Shown piece by piece: positions 63,272 to 64,000 of a stretch of DNA of 64,000 bases (position 1 is its first letter; each line of letters begins with the position of its first letter). This DNA comes from Pseudomonadota bacterium (lineage in GTDB: Bacteria; Bdellovibrionota_B; Oligoflexia; Silvanigrellales; Silvanigrellaceae). A model generated the notes under the pieces. The model saw nothing but the letters and a program-made list of their open reading frames with translations. It did no database searches and was not told the DNA's origin. The DNA is taken from positions 1 through 64,000 of the forward strand of contig JBDLRP010000045.1 of the NCBI GenBank assembly GCA_039799905.1, in the 5' to 3' direction. Made by a program: the position numbers and the translations under genes.

Positions 63272-64000
63272 TCATACCGGTTCGCCGTAGCGTGAAAAAG
63301 GATGCGGTGAACGCAACGCGCTTTCTGGCAGCAACGCCTGTAAGCCAATCATGGTCGCATTGTCCGAACACAGACTGAGCGGAGCAAAGCGGACTTCAAG
63401 AGAGGTGGCTTGTGCCATTTTTTCTCTGAATTGCTGATTGGCAGCAACACCTCCCGCAACAAGAATCGAGCGGACTTCGGGATATTCCCGCAGAGCATTT
63501 TTCAATCTATCGATCAGCTGTCCAAGCGCGGCCTCTTGAAAGGCTGCGGCAATATTGGCTTTGACTTCGTCAGGCAGACCAGCTCCTTGGATGCGGCCTT
63601 GCGGATGTCCCAGCAGGCGGCGGACGGAATCGAGAACCTGAGTTTTCAATCCGCTGTAGCTGAATCCAAAGCGGTTGCTCTTGTCGGACAAAGTTGATGC
63701 AAATTTGAACGCAGGCGCCGCCGCATTTGCCTGCTTTGCAAGTGTCTCGATGTGCGGTCCACCTGGGTAGGGCAGGCCCAGCAGCTTGCCGACCTTGTCA
63801 AACGCTTCTCCGCATGCGTCATCGGCCGTCTGGCCCAACAACGTTCTTTGATGTGGCAGAGTCAGATAACTCAAATGGCAGTGTCCGCCGCTGACAGTCA
63901 GAGCCAATGCGGGAAATTCAGGTAACTCTGCGTCGAGCCATGCGCCAACGTCGTGTGCGGGAGTGAAGTGCCGCAGGAGTATTGCGGGTGCAAGATGCGC
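63272..64000 (-). CDS. tsaD: t6A tRNA threonylcarbamoyltransferase TsaD (5' end outside window)
   Basis: L.VSGGH, T.DDACGEAFDKV..LLG.PYPGGP, FSYSGLKT, AGGVAAN, CSDNA.MI. Confidence 0.96.
   Translation of the reverse strand, partial: AHLAPAILLRHFTPAHDVGAWLDAELPEFPALALTVSGGHCHLSYLTLPHQRTLLGQTADDACGEAFDKVGKLLGLPYPGGPHIETLAKQANAAAPAFKFASTLSDKSNRFGFSYSGLKTQVLDSVRRLLGHPQGRIQGAGLPDEVKANIAAAFQEAALGQLIDRLKNALREYPEVRSILVAGGVAANQQFREKMAQATSLEVRFAPLSLCSDNATMIGLQALLPESALRSPHPFSRYGEPV

Noticed and set aside
1..64000. Mobile elements, prophage, or defence/toxin-antitoxin systems
   Set aside because: No transposase, integrase, phage, nuclease, reverse transcriptase or restriction motifs were recognised in any ORF.

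Overview
Bacterial chromosomal segment made mostly of core and housekeeping genes. GC is roughly 50-55% by eye. Gene content and protein style suggest a Bdellovibrionota/Oligoflexia-like organism (inference). In order it contains: the start of a tRNA-Tyr/tRNA-Gly cluster; flgM-flgN-flgK-flgL; an MnmC-type methyltransferase; a hybrid metal-transport operon running into lysS-polA-tatC; three porin-like genes; nifU-mrp; panB; signalling genes; kdsB, lapB-like and rsmB; HU; an adenylate cyclase; sdhCAB; an M16 peptidase pair; pgi, aroK, ctpA, rsmA and partial tsaD. I found no mobile element, CRISPR array, prophage or recognisable defence system. The most unusual features are gene fusions. (1) A ZrgC/PA4065-like MacB-type permease continues in frame through an internal signal-peptide-like linker into a complete ZnuA-like metal-binding protein, followed by znuC/znuB-like genes; this is a candidate signal-peptidase-processed polyprotein linking two Zn systems. 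(2) HU is flanked by a REC-PilZ protein whose PilZ domain is split by a histone-H1-like Lys/Ala insert, and by a histone-H1-like/BCP peroxiredoxin fusion; this is a candidate signal-responsive nucleoid module. (3) A shikimate kinase carries about 13 tandem RPRNEAQGGGGP repeats. Candidate regulatory sites include a perfect FNR-type palindrome upstream of sdhCAB and sigma28-like promoters on non-flagellar envelope genes. All family assignments come from motif recognition, not database searches.
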